This document shows positions 7,468 to 16,752 of a stretch of DNA of 64,000 nucleotides, piece after piece (the stretch's first letter is position 1; every line of letters begins with the position of its first letter). The notes under the pieces were generated by a model that saw only the letters and a program-made list of their open reading frames with translations, had not been told where the DNA came from and made no database searches. Location: assembly GCA_965221905.1 (NCBI GenBank), contig OZ244922.1, positions 2,656,001 through 2,720,000 on the forward strand. The letters are read 5' to 3'. Position numbers and translations under genes: made by a program. This DNA is from Chloroflexota bacterium. Its GTDB lineage: Bacteria > Chloroflexota > UBA11872 > VXOZ01.

Positions 7468-10383
7468 ATGAGATCGAGACGATTCCATCGGCTCAGCGAA
7501 CTCGCGGTCGAGATCGGTGAGCCGGTGCCAACCGCGGGTAATCGTCCCATACGCCTTGACGATCCAAGTGTTGCTTGGTTCGTCGAGCGTGGCGACCTGG
7601 ATGTCTTCCTCTTTGAGTACCAGGACAAAGAGCTCTCTTCCAATGCGAAGCACCTACTCCGCGCCGTTGAAGGACGTCTCGTGTTCGGAGTCGGTGAGAA
7701 CGGTTCTTTGATTACCATCGCCAAAGGCACTCCGGACTGCCAGTTGCGCCGCCTTCAATTGGAAGACATCCTACAATACGATGTTGCAGAGCAGTTGGCG
7801 GGCCAAGTTGATGCTTGGCTCGCGGAGTTCGCGGCCGCCGTGGCATTGCACATAGAACCGCGCCCGCGCCCAGACGTGCTGCCAAACCCCAAAGACCCGG
7901 GCGAGCCGTTGGACGCCGCAATCGGTTGCGTACTATCGGCTCGATCGGGCGGCGTAGTTTGGGTCGCCATTGGAAACGCCGATGCGGCATATTTGGGCAC
8001 CGAAGAGCGTGACAAGGCAGGCACCGGTTTCGTCCCGCTCACCGCAGATACGTGGCTCACGCTGCAGAATTCGGCTTGTGTCAGTGGCACTCTGTCCCGA
8101 TCGTTGAATGAACAAGGAGTGCTTTTTGCAGCACTCGCGGAGTTCCATCAGCTTGCACTTGGCGCCGAGCAAATCAATCGCCTGCTGCTGGTAGCTGACG
8201 AGGCAAACGAACAGACCGCCCGCACCATCAATCGGCGCCTCGACGAAGAACGCGCCCGGCAAAATCTGTTTGGCATCCTAGGATCATCCTATCCTACTGC
8301 GGGTGAAAATGGCTCAACGCTTCTCGCCGCGTTGAAAGTCATCGGCAAACGAGAGGGCATCGAGTTTCATGCTCCGGCACGACGACGAGTAACGGTAGAT
8401 GAAGAACCTTCCCTCCAAGAAATCCTGAATTCATCCAGAGTGCGTGGCCGCAAAGTGCGCCTTGCGTTCGAGGACCGCTGGTGGGTTGGCGACAGCGGCG
8501 CGATGCTGGGGTTTCGGCAAGAAGACGGCCATCCGGTCGCTCTATTGCCTAGCATGTCCGGGCGCTACAGTGTAGTCGACCCGGTCTCGGGACGGTCGAC
8601 CCGCCTCAATGCGGAGCAGGCCAATAGTATCCGGCAAGATGCTTGGCTGTTCTACCGGCCTTTTCCCAATGACCGACCGGTGAGAACCAAAGACATCCTT
8701 CGCATTGCGACCAAGGGAATGGCCAATGACCTCAGCCGGTTTGCAGGCGTCGGCATTGTAGCCAGCCTCTTGATGCTCGCCCCTGCCGTAGCCGTTGGGA
8801 TGCTGGTGGATTGGGTACTCCCGGCTGCGGCCGGAAATGTGTTGGTCCAGATCATCATTGCGCTGACCGCGTTTGCCCTTATTGGAACGCTGCTGCAGAT
8901 ATTGCGCGGCACGGCCATGATGCGACTCGGAGGCCGCGCTACTGCTCGAATTAGCGCGGCGCTCTGGGATCGCTTGTTGGGACTGCCACCAAGTTTCTTC
9001 AGAAACTTCACCGCTGGAGAGCTTGCGATGCGAATGTCGGCGTTCCAGGTGTTGCGCGATCAACTGTCGGGAGTGGTCGCTAACGCTTTAATCTCGTTCA
9101 TCTTCCTGCTGCCAATGCTCGTTCTCCTCTTTCTCTACGACGCAGCTTTGGCTTGGCTAAGTGTTGGGATCGGCACTCTTTCGCTTGCGGTTACTCTAGT
9201 AATCGGTCTCTTGCAAGTAGCCCCGCAACGCCGTCACTACGCCGCCTCCCGGCGTCTAGCCGGAGAAATCTTCCAATACATCAGTGGCATAAGCAAACTG
9301 CGCTCTGCCGGCGCAGAATCATCGGCATTTGCTTCATGGGCCCGCGGCTATCGTGAGCAGCAGCGCGCGCAGTTGCAGATCGGCAAGCTGAATGAGCATC
9401 TGGTTGCCTTCAGTGCCGCCTTGCCGGCCTTTATAGGTGCAGCCCTCTTTGGCGTGGCACTTTGGCATGGTCCCGACCAACTCGCTCTAGGGAACTTCCT
9501 CGTCGTCTACGCGGTCTCCATCACGATCTACGCCTCGGTCATTGGGTTGGGAAACTCGTTTGAGGTCATTGCCGCTGTCTTGCCTGGGTACGAGCAAGTG
9601 AAGCCAATTCTCGCTGCGGTGCCGGAAAGTCGAATGTCATCGGCTGCGCCGGCAGACCTCAGTGGAAACATACGCCTAGACCACGTGAGTTTCCAATACA
9701 CTAAAGATGGCTCTCCCATTGTCGATGATGTCTCCATCCACGCGCGCCCCGGCGAGTTCATTGCCATCGTGGGGGAATCGGGCGCAGGCAAGAGCACCTT
9801 GCTGCGGCTTGCCTTGGGGCTGGAGGAACCTTCCGCAGGCGGCATCTATTACGACGGACGCGACCTTGCCCATCTGGACCGGCGCTCCGTGCGGCGCCAG
9901 ATTGGCGTGGTGACTCAAGATGGCGCCCTGCAACCCGGGAATCTTTTGGACAACATCATCGGTCTCAGCGATGAATTAACGATAGACGATGCCTGGCGGG
10001 CAGCCAAACTCGCCGGCGTGGACGACGAAATTTCTGCTATGCCGATGCAGATGTTCACTGCCGTGGGCGATTGTTCCTCGACCTTCTCCGGCGGGCAGAT
10101 TCAGCGTATCAGAATCGCAGCGGCCCTTGTGCGCAGCCCAAGTATCGTGTTCCTGGATGAGGCCACAAGTTGGCTCGACGCTAAGAGCCAGGCCCAGGTC
10201 ATGCAAGGAATCGAGAGCCTCGCCGCCACGCGCATCGTGATCGCTCATCGCCTCTCCACTATTCGAAAGGCAGAGCGCATCTATGTGCTACACAAAGGTC
10301 GAGTGGTCCAGGAGGGCAGCTTCATCGCGCTCTACCAGACCGACGGCCCGTTCCGCACGCTGGTGCAGCGACAAATGACGTGA
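7468..10383 (+). CDS. NHLP-type ABC exporter, permease/ATPase subunit without peptidase
   Basis: Long N-extension with WW..DSG.ML and PVALLP, FYRPFP, Walker A GESGAGKS, FSGGQIQR, LDEATS. Confidence 0.9.
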   Translation: MRSRRFHRLSELAVEIGEPVPTAGNRPIRLDDPSVAWFVERGDLDVFLFEYQDKELSSNAKHLLRAVEGRLVFGVGENGSLITIAKGTPDCQLRRLQLEDILQYDVAEQLAGQVDAWLAEFAAAVALHIEPRPRPDVLPNPKDPGEPLDAAIGCVLSARSGGVVWVAIGNADAAYLGTEERDKAGTGFVPLTADTWLTLQNSACVSGTLSRSLNEQGVLFAALAEFHQLALGAEQINRLLLVADEANEQTARTINRRLDEERARQNLFGILGSSYPTAGENGSTLLAALKVIGKREGIEFHAPARRRVTVDEEPSLQEILNSSRVRGRKVRLAFEDRWWVGDSGAMLGFRQEDGHPVALLPSMSGRYSVVDPVSGRSTRLNAEQANSIRQDAWLFYRPFPNDRPVRTKDILRIATKGMANDLSRFAGVGIVASLLMLAPAVAVGMLVDWVLPAAAGNVLVQIIIALTAFALIGTLLQILRGTAMMRLGGRATARISAALWDRLLGLPPSFFRNFTAGELAMRMSAFQVLRDQLSGVVANALISFIFLLPMLVLLFLYDAALAWLSVGIGTLSLAVTLVIGLLQVAPQRRHYAASRRLAGEIFQYISGISKLRSAGAESSAFASWARGYREQQRAQLQIGKLNEHLVAFSAALPAFIGAALFGVALWHGPDQLALGNFLVVYAVSITIYASVIGLGNSFEVIAAVLPGYEQVKPILAAVPESRMSSAAPADLSGNIRLDHVSFQYTKDGSPIVDDVSIHARPGEFIAIVGESGAGKSTLLRLALGLEEPSAGGIYYDGRDLAHLDRRSVRRQIGVVTQDGALQPGNLLDNIIGLSDELTIDDAWRAAKLAGVDDEISAMPMQMFTAVGDCSSTFSGGQIQRIRIAAALVRSPSIVFLDEATSWLDAKSQAQVMQGIESLAATRIVIAHRLSTIRKAERIYVLHKGRVVQEGSFIALYQTDGPFRTLVQRQMT

Positions 10384-10425
10384 GCAAGCCGGTCTCTGCG
10401 TGCCATCGGGGAGCACAGCAAGTCC

Positions 10426-11160
10426 CTACTGCTGCGTGGGCTTACTCAGTGCATAGACAATGAAGTTCGGCACACGGCGCTCGTCGGCGAACCCCGGATT
10501 GGCGGCTAGCTGCGCGTCTGATGGAGTCGGCTCTCGCAGCGATTCCAGGACGAATCCCGCTTCCAAAAACGCTGAAATGTGGCTGGAAAGCGTCCGGTGC
10601 ATGTTGATAAACGACTCGCCCCACCATTCAAACTCGCGCGGACCCTCGTCGGTGTAGTCGTCAACCGCATAGAACAGCTTCTTGTCGCCCAATTTGATCC
10701 AGCCGTACGGCACCGCCGTGCGCATTGGGTGGACGTTGCATACGATGAAGCGCCCACCGGGCCGCAGTACGCGAAACGCAGCCTGTATGGACCGCCGAAA
10801 ATCGAGCAGGTCCACCAGCACGATGTATGAGACCGCCAAGTCGAAGCTCTCGTCGTCTAGGCCCGTGAGGTCCTCAGCGTTTCCGATCAGATAGGTCTCG
10901 CCGCCGGATGCCAACGCGCGGGCCTGCTCAACCAGGTCTTCCGTAAGATCGATACCCGTAACGTCCGCTCCCAGTCCGGCCAGGAGACGAGAGAATCGTC
11001 CTTCGCCACAACCGATGTCCAGTACGCGTCGGCCTGCTACGTCCCCCAGCGCCTCGAGCATCCAGGAATCGAGCATGCCGATGCGGACCGACTGGTCTTG
11101 TTGCACCCAGTCTTGGGCATGTTCGGCCCACTGCGTGCGCAGTTGTTCCTTGAGACTCAT
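10426..11160 (-). CDS. Class I SAM-dependent methyltransferase
   Basis: VLDIGCGEG motif I, VTGIDL, SFDLAVS, RVLRPGG, HRTLS. Confidence 0.88.
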   Translation of the reverse strand: MSLKEQLRTQWAEHAQDWVQQDQSVRIGMLDSWMLEALGDVAGRRVLDIGCGEGRFSRLLAGLGADVTGIDLTEDLVEQARALASGGETYLIGNAEDLTGLDDESFDLAVSYIVLVDLLDFRRSIQAAFRVLRPGGRFIVCNVHPMRTAVPYGWIKLGDKKLFYAVDDYTDEGPREFEWWGESFINMHRTLSSHISAFLEAGFVLESLREPTPSDAQLAANPGFADERRVPNFIVYALSKPTQQ

Positions 11161-11205
11161 AGAACGCAAACACCACAAAGCGGGGACAAATCGTGATCGG
11201 GAGCT

Positions 11206-11280
11206 TGGCTCCGCGGCGAGGACTCGAACCTCGAACCAGACGGTTAACAGCCGCCTGCTCTACCATTGAGCTACCGCGGA
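11206..11280 (-). tRNA. tRNA-Asn (GTT)
   Basis: Reverse complement TCCGCGGTAGCTCAATGGTAGAGCAGGCGGCT-GTT-AACCGTCTGGTTCGAGGTTCGAGTCCTCGCCGCGGAGCCA: cloverleaf, TTCGA T-loop, encoded CCA. Confidence 0.96.
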
Positions 11281-11370
11281 AAGTGGACGATTCCAGTGTA
11301 CCAACGCGCACCGCACACGGTCAACGACAGCGACCGCATGACCTGGGAAAATGCCCGAAGCGAGTTCCTC

Positions 11371-12786
11371 TCAAGGCAGCCACGTGCGATCTTGCTGCAG
11401 CCGCAGCCGCGCCGAGTCTATGGCGGCCCGGACCCGCACAGGCGCGGTACCGCCGGGCATGTCGCGGGCCGCGAGCGATCCTTCCACCGAAATCACATCG
11501 AACACGTCCGTTCCGATGCGGTCGCACATCTCCCGATACTCTGCGAGCGAAAGCTTCGAAAGGCCGCAGCCGCGATCGAGACAGAGGCGCACGATGCGGC
11601 CGACCACTGCATGTGCCTCGCGAAATGGCAGCCCCTTGCGGACAAGATAGTCAGCAAGATCGGTAGCCGTCGCGAAGCTGCCACCGGCAGCCTCCGCCAT
11701 GCGCGTGGCATTCACACCGAGCGTACCCATCGCACCTGTCATTATGTCGAGACATGCTGCCGTCGTATCCACGCCGTCGAAGAGCGCTTCTTTGTCTTCT
11801 TGCAGATCGCGGTTGTAGGTTAGCGGCAAGCCCTCCATGAGCGTGAGAATGGCAAAGAGGTCACCAAAAACCCGGCCGGCCTTACCCCGCGTGAGTTCCG
11901 CTGAATCGGGATTTTTCTTCTGGGGCATGATGCTGGAGCCTGTGGCGTAGGCATCGTCGAGCTCCACAAAGCCAAATTCGGCAGACGACCAAAGGATCAC
12001 CTCTGAGGCAAGCCGCGAGAGATGCACCATTATCTGGCTGCACACGTGCAAAACCTCGATCACAAAGTCCCGGTCGCTCACCGCGTCCATGCTATTCGCA
12101 GCAATCGCCTCAAAGCCAAGCTCCTGGGCCACATACTCACGGTCCAGCGGATAGGGCGCGCCTGCCAGCGCCGCCGCGCCCAACGGCAAGACGTTCACGC
12201 GCGCCCGGCACTCCCGCGACCGCGCAAAGTCACGGGAAAACATCTCCACGTAGGCAAGAAGGTGGTGGCCGAACGTCACCGGCTGAGCTCGCTGCAGATG
12301 CGTGTAACCAGGCATACTGGTCGCAGCGTGCGCAGCCGCTTGGTCGAGCAAAGTCTGCTGAAATTGGCAGAGTTGCAGTCCAAGCGAGTCGAGCGCCCCC
12401 CGGCACCACAGGCGTACGTCGGTCGCCACCTGATCGTTGCGGCTACGGGCCGTATGGAGCTTGCCCGACACAGTTCCGACACGTTCTTGCAAGAGGTCTT
12501 CAACCGCCGAATGCACATCTTCCCAGCGCTCGGCGTCCGGGGCGATCGCGCCGCTTTCAATCTCCTCCAGAATCGCCGCAAGGCCCGCGCAGATGGCGTC
12601 GGCATCCTCGTGCGAAATGATCTCTTGCTTAGCAAGCATGCGGCAATGCGCCGTGGAACCGGCAATGTCCTCGCCGAAGAGCCGCCAATCTACCGGCAAC
12701 GACGTCGAAAACGCCAGCATGTCACCGGCTAGCGGCTTGGTAAAGCGCCCACCCCACAGGGTGGAAGGATGTTTAGTGTTTTCCAT
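11371..12786 (-). CDS. argH: Argininosuccinate lyase
   Basis: LWGGRF, HTARSRNDQ, PGYTHLQRAQP, GSSIMPQKKNPD signature. Confidence 0.97.
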   Translation of the reverse strand: MENTKHPSTLWGGRFTKPLAGDMLAFSTSLPVDWRLFGEDIAGSTAHCRMLAKQEIISHEDADAICAGLAAILEEIESGAIAPDAERWEDVHSAVEDLLQERVGTVSGKLHTARSRNDQVATDVRLWCRGALDSLGLQLCQFQQTLLDQAAAHAATSMPGYTHLQRAQPVTFGHHLLAYVEMFSRDFARSRECRARVNVLPLGAAALAGAPYPLDREYVAQELGFEAIAANSMDAVSDRDFVIEVLHVCSQIMVHLSRLASEVILWSSAEFGFVELDDAYATGSSIMPQKKNPDSAELTRGKAGRVFGDLFAILTLMEGLPLTYNRDLQEDKEALFDGVDTTAACLDIMTGAMGTLGVNATRMAEAAGGSFATATDLADYLVRKGLPFREAHAVVGRIVRLCLDRGCGLSKLSLAEYREMCDRIGTDVFDVISVEGSLAARDMPGGTAPVRVRAAIDSARLRLQQDRTWLP

Positions 12787-12887
12787 GAGTAACTACACTC
12801 AATTCTCTCAGTCTGTCCCTCCGGTCACCGGCTTCGCACCGCCTCCAACCACCGGAGGCCTGGAAATACAAGGAGAGTCCGCCAATA

Positions 12888-12911
12888 GTAGCGTAGGGGC
12901 TTGCTCCCTGC
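12888..12911 (+). repeat. GTAG-type REP palindrome
   Basis: GTAGCGTAGGGGCTTGCTCCCTGC, degenerate copy of the 20576 element. Confidence 0.5.
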
Positions 12912-13052
12912 CAGGGACAGCGTGCAAATGGGTGGGAGAGTCAGATTTCCGTGTGCGCGGGAAAGGCGGGCAACCGACGGTCACTCTCCATAGGGGCCAG
13001 CCGAGACCTCTTCCCCAATGTAGCCCCGCGTGCGAAGCTGCCAACTGCGCCC

Positions 13053-13886
13053 TTAGTCTACAATGCGATAGCCCAATTCCTTCTGCCCTTCAACTCTGCC
13101 TCTAATCAGCGCACCCCTCTCTACTTGGGCCCCAAGCAAGGCTTCAGCCAGTTTGCGTTCCCAGCCAAAGAGTAGCGCAATTTCCCGCGCCGTGCAGAGC
13201 GGAGCATTCGTCACGGCCTGGCGTACGAGCCGGGCACGCGCCTCTTCCTTTGATAAAGCGAGCGTCTTGCACGCTGGCGGAATGTGTCGCTCGACCAAGT
13301 CCCAGTCGTGCATGGAGAAGCCCTCCACACTGCCACCGGCGACAGTAATTAAGTATCGCTCCTGAAGCGTCCGCAAAGCTGCCTGATACTGCCGCTTGCT
13401 CGCACCTGAAAGTGACTGCACTTCCCGGCGCAGGTCGCGCGACCGAATTGGGCCCTGGATAGCGACCACCTGCAGCATGTGCCGCTCTACGAGACTCAGC
13501 AGTCCACTCTCCAGCACCATATCAACCGAGCCGTGCAGTCCCCACAACTTTCGGAATGCCGGAAAGAACTGCCAGGCAATAAAGACGGCACGGTGGCGGA
13601 GATAGTGACCGTAGGCGCAGCGTTTCGCTGCCGGCAGAGTGTTCTTCCAATGCCACACTTCCAGAGAAAAGGTCTCCAGGCTGCCCCTGGCGCGCAGTTC
13701 GGCATCGCTCACATTGGGCCACGGCAATCCGCCCGGCGAAAAGAGGTGAACGAAACCCCGCTCTGCCACGTATGCCGCCGCATCAGCCTCATCGAGCACC
13801 CCGCTACCGTCGCCTAGAAAAAACTTCTGCCGGCGTTCTTCCTGGAGGACTTCGGGCGAGACAGCGTCTCCAACGTCAACAGCCAT
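13053..13886 (-). CDS. Winged-helix protein, AlkZ/YcaQ-related
   Basis: W.WK..L....AYG....RAVFI...FP.F pattern and repeated wHTH-like segments; family call by recall. Confidence 0.55.
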   Translation of the reverse strand: MAVDVGDAVSPEVLQEERRQKFFLGDGSGVLDEADAAAYVAERGFVHLFSPGGLPWPNVSDAELRARGSLETFSLEVWHWKNTLPAAKRCAYGHYLRHRAVFIAWQFFPAFRKLWGLHGSVDMVLESGLLSLVERHMLQVVAIQGPIRSRDLRREVQSLSGASKRQYQAALRTLQERYLITVAGGSVEGFSMHDWDLVERHIPPACKTLALSKEEARARLVRQAVTNAPLCTAREIALLFGWERKLAEALLGAQVERGALIRGRVEGQKELGYRIVD

Positions 13887-13905
13887 GCCACTGTCTTCTT
13901 ACTAG

Positions 13906-15091
13906 GAAAGGTCTGAGCAAGTCGGGATATGCATCGGTTTATGGGTATGTGCGGGATTGTGGGGTGGTTTGAGGTGTGTCTTGGCATGTGGGAGGGGCTG
14001 TTTTGGCTTTGATGCGGTCCCGTTGGAAGCGCAATACGCTCCTGGCCGTGTTTTGGGCGCACTGCTCCCGTGTCATGTTGCCAACTGGCGTGCGGCCGTC
14101 ATCACATTGGTCAGCCCCAGCAGCAACGCCAGCCGTTGCCTGTTCTTGGACAGACCCCGGTAGCGCACCGTGGCGTAGCCGAAGTGCCGCTTCACCCACA
14201 GGAACGGATGCTCTACTTTGGCCCTAACCGATGCTTTGCGCTGCTCTGCCAGCGCCGCCGCGCTCTCAGGCGCCAGTTTCCGCCGCAGCCCCGGCTTGAG
14301 CGCCACCTGCCACGCTACGGCGCGCCCCTGATGCTCCGGTCGCTTCTGCACCCCCACGTACCCGGCGTCTCCCCACACCTGCTGCTCTGCGCCGTGCAGC
14401 AACGCCGCCGCTTGCGTTACGTCGTGCACGTTGGCCGATGTGGTGGTGAAGCTATGCACGAGCCCCGTCTGTGCGTCGACGCCGATGTGCAGCTTCATCC
14501 CAAAGTAATACTGGTTCCCCTTCTTCACCTGCCGCATCGCCGGGTCTCGCTCCCCCTCTCGGTTCTTCGTCGATGTCGGCGCCGCGATGATGGTCGCGTC
14601 CACTACCGTCCCCGCTCGCAGCCGCAAGCCCCGACCTGCCAAATGCGCGTTGATCTCCGCCAACAACCCCTCTCCTAACCGGTGCTTCTCCAGCAAATGC
14701 CGAAAGTGCAGAATAGTCGTCTCGTCCGGCAGCGCCTCTGACAGCCGCAGCCCCACGAACCGCCGCACCGGTTCTACCTCGTACAGCATGTCCTCCATCC
14801 CAGGATCGCTCAGGTTGTAGAACAACTGCACGCAGTGTATCCGCAGCATTACCGACAAGGGATACGGCCGCCGCCCCCGCCCTGGCTTGGGATAGTACGG
14901 CGCAATGCGCGCCTCCATCTCCGCCCACGGGAGCAGCGCGTCCATCCGCTCCAAGAACTTCTCCCGGCGCGTCTTGCGCTTCTTCTGCGCGTACTCCAAG
15001 TCGGCAAACGTCGGTTGCTCCATTACCCAGCTCCTCACCGTATCCTGCTTTCTTGCTATGATACTATGCCAGGGACTTGTTCAGAGTTTTC
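13906..15091 (-). mobile_element. IS5 family insertion sequence (~1.19 kb)
   Basis: Imperfect terminal IRs GAAAGGTCTGAGCAAGTC / GACTTGTTCAGAGTTTTC, flanked by CTAG and TTAG (YTAR targets); ends uncertain by 1 bp. Confidence 0.88.
14073..15023 (-). CDS. IS5 family DDE transposase
   Basis: KKRKTRREKFL, MLRIH..Q..YNLSDP.MED, PDETTI, VDATII, FGMKLHIGVD, GDAGY, RAKVEHPF, RYRGL; GAGGAG RBS. Confidence 0.95.
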   Translation of the reverse strand: MEQPTFADLEYAQKKRKTRREKFLERMDALLPWAEMEARIAPYYPKPGRGRRPYPLSVMLRIHCVQLFYNLSDPGMEDMLYEVEPVRRFVGLRLSEALPDETTILHFRHLLEKHRLGEGLLAEINAHLAGRGLRLRAGTVVDATIIAAPTSTKNREGERDPAMRQVKKGNQYYFGMKLHIGVDAQTGLVHSFTTTSANVHDVTQAAALLHGAEQQVWGDAGYVGVQKRPEHQGRAVAWQVALKPGLRRKLAPESAAALAEQRKASVRAKVEHPFLWVKRHFGYATVRYRGLSKNRQRLALLLGLTNVMTAARQLAT

Positions 15092-15095
15092 TTAG

Positions 15096-15311
15096 AGCTT
15101 GTCTCATAAATACATCGCTCTGTGTAGACCTGCCCTTCGACCCTTCGACAAGCTCAGGACAGGCAGGCTCAGAGCTTGCCCCGTACTCGATACAACGTAT
15201 CGACACGATACGGGGGCGAACGGAAAAGGCAAGAATCCGTTCGTGCTGAGCGCTGCGCGAAGCCCTTGTCGAAGCACGAATCGGCTATCGAACCGATTTA
15301 TGAGATAGCTT
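15096..15311. mobile_element. Putative MITE with nested REP-like palindromes
   Basis: TIRs AGCTTGTCTCATAAAT / ATTTATGAGATAGCTT flanked by TTAG and CTAG; no credible ORF; internal CTTCGACAAGCTCAG repeats. Confidence 0.65.
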
Positions 15312-15382
15312 CTAGCTCCCGATGCAGACCGCCAGGATGAATGGCTCCAGGGAGACCTCCACAAGGCAAGGTCGGCGCCCTG

Positions 15383-16636
15383 CTACTTTTCCTCCGCATC
15401 ATTTGACTCAAGCCGTTTGGTTTGGGGCAAGAGCGGTGTGTCCTCGCCGTGCAGTTGCTGACGCGCTTGCACCTGGGTGCTCAGGCCCCAAATCTTCACG
15501 AAGCCCTCTGCAGCACGATGGTCGAAGGCGTCGCCGCTCAGATACGTCGCCAAGTCTTCACGGTAGAGCGAGTACGGGGACTGCCGCCCCACAACGGTTG
15601 CTTGACCGCGGTATAACTTCACCCGCACCGTGCCGCTCACCGAGCGTTGCGTGCTGTCTACAAACGCCATCAGATCGCGGTTGAGCGTTGAGAACCAGAG
15701 ACCGCCGTAAACCAGGCGTGAAATCTCTTCCGCCACCACGCGCTTGAAGTGCGACTGGTCCCGGGAGAGCGCGAGTTGCTCCAAGGCCTCGTGTGCCTTG
15801 AAGAGGATTGTGCCCGCCGGACACTCATAGATTTCGCGCGACTTGATGCCAACCACCCGGTTTTCCACGTGGTCCACACGACCGACACCGTGCGCGCCTC
15901 CCAAGTCATTGAGCTCCTGGATGAGGTCGACACCGATCTTTTCCTGGCCGTCGATGGCTACGGGAATGCCTTCTTCGAACCCAATCTCAATGTAGGCGGG
16001 CGTCTGCGGCGCGTTCTCCGGTGCAACGGTCCACTCGTACGCGTCCTCCGGCGGCTCCACCCACGGGTCTTCCAATGGACCCGACTCGATGCTGCGCCCC
16101 CACAAGTTTTGGTCGAGGCTATACGGCTGACGCGACCCTTCAGGCACCGGAATCCCATGCTCCTTGGCGTAGGCTTCCTCTTGGTCGCGGGTCAGACCCC
16201 ACTCACGCACCGGCGCTATCACTTGCAACTCCGGTGCGAGCGCATGCACGGAGACATCGAAGCGCACCTGGTCGTTACCCTTGCCGGTGGAACCATGCGC
16301 TACCGCCTCGGCGCCCTCTTCCCGGGCTACGTCCACGAGGAGCTTTGCGATCAGCGGACGGCCAAGCGCCGTCGCCAAGTAATAGGCATTCTCGTACACT
16401 GCGCCGGCTTTGAGCGCCGGCCAGATGAAGTGATCGATGAAGATGTCCCGCGCATCCACTACGTGAGCATCGCGCGCGCCGGTCATAAGCGCTTTCTTGC
16501 GAATCGCGGGCAGGTCCGGCTCGTGCCCAAGATCAATGGTAAGCGTGACCACGTCCATTTCATATTCTTCTTGCAGCCAGCGTATGCACACGCTGGTGTC
16601 CAGGCCACCGGAATAGGCCAGGACTACTGTAGCCAT
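15383..16636 (-). CDS. argG: Argininosuccinate synthase
   Basis: VLAYSGGLDTS, HGSTGKGNDQVRF, GIKSREIYE. Confidence 0.97.
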   Translation of the reverse strand: MATVVLAYSGGLDTSVCIRWLQEEYEMDVVTLTIDLGHEPDLPAIRKKALMTGARDAHVVDARDIFIDHFIWPALKAGAVYENAYYLATALGRPLIAKLLVDVAREEGAEAVAHGSTGKGNDQVRFDVSVHALAPELQVIAPVREWGLTRDQEEAYAKEHGIPVPEGSRQPYSLDQNLWGRSIESGPLEDPWVEPPEDAYEWTVAPENAPQTPAYIEIGFEEGIPVAIDGQEKIGVDLIQELNDLGGAHGVGRVDHVENRVVGIKSREIYECPAGTILFKAHEALEQLALSRDQSHFKRVVAEEISRLVYGGLWFSTLNRDLMAFVDSTQRSVSGTVRVKLYRGQATVVGRQSPYSLYREDLATYLSGDAFDHRAAEGFVKIWGLSTQVQARQQLHGEDTPLLPQTKRLESNDAEEK

Positions 16637-16752
16637 ATTAGTTTTCTCCTCTTCACAATTATCGATTTAGGAATTTGCTAACTAGTGTTAACTGAGGCAA
16701 ACAGCCGTACATAGGGGGAAGCATGCAAGGCGGATATGGCGCGAGCGAGCGG

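Noticed and set aside
10426-11160. Methyltransferase as tailoring enzyme of the NHLP peptide
   Set aside because: Convergent orientation, generic class I sequence, no RRE; more likely transcribed with the tRNA. Not excluded.
1-11205. Genomic island integrated at the tRNA-Asn 3' end
   Set aside because: No integrase and no duplicate of the tRNA 3' end seen in the window; cannot be supported.
15749-16681. Long antisense ORFs (also 53239-54189, 32593-33411, 12022-12732)
   Set aside because: Shadows of well-supported opposite-strand genes in GC-rich DNA.
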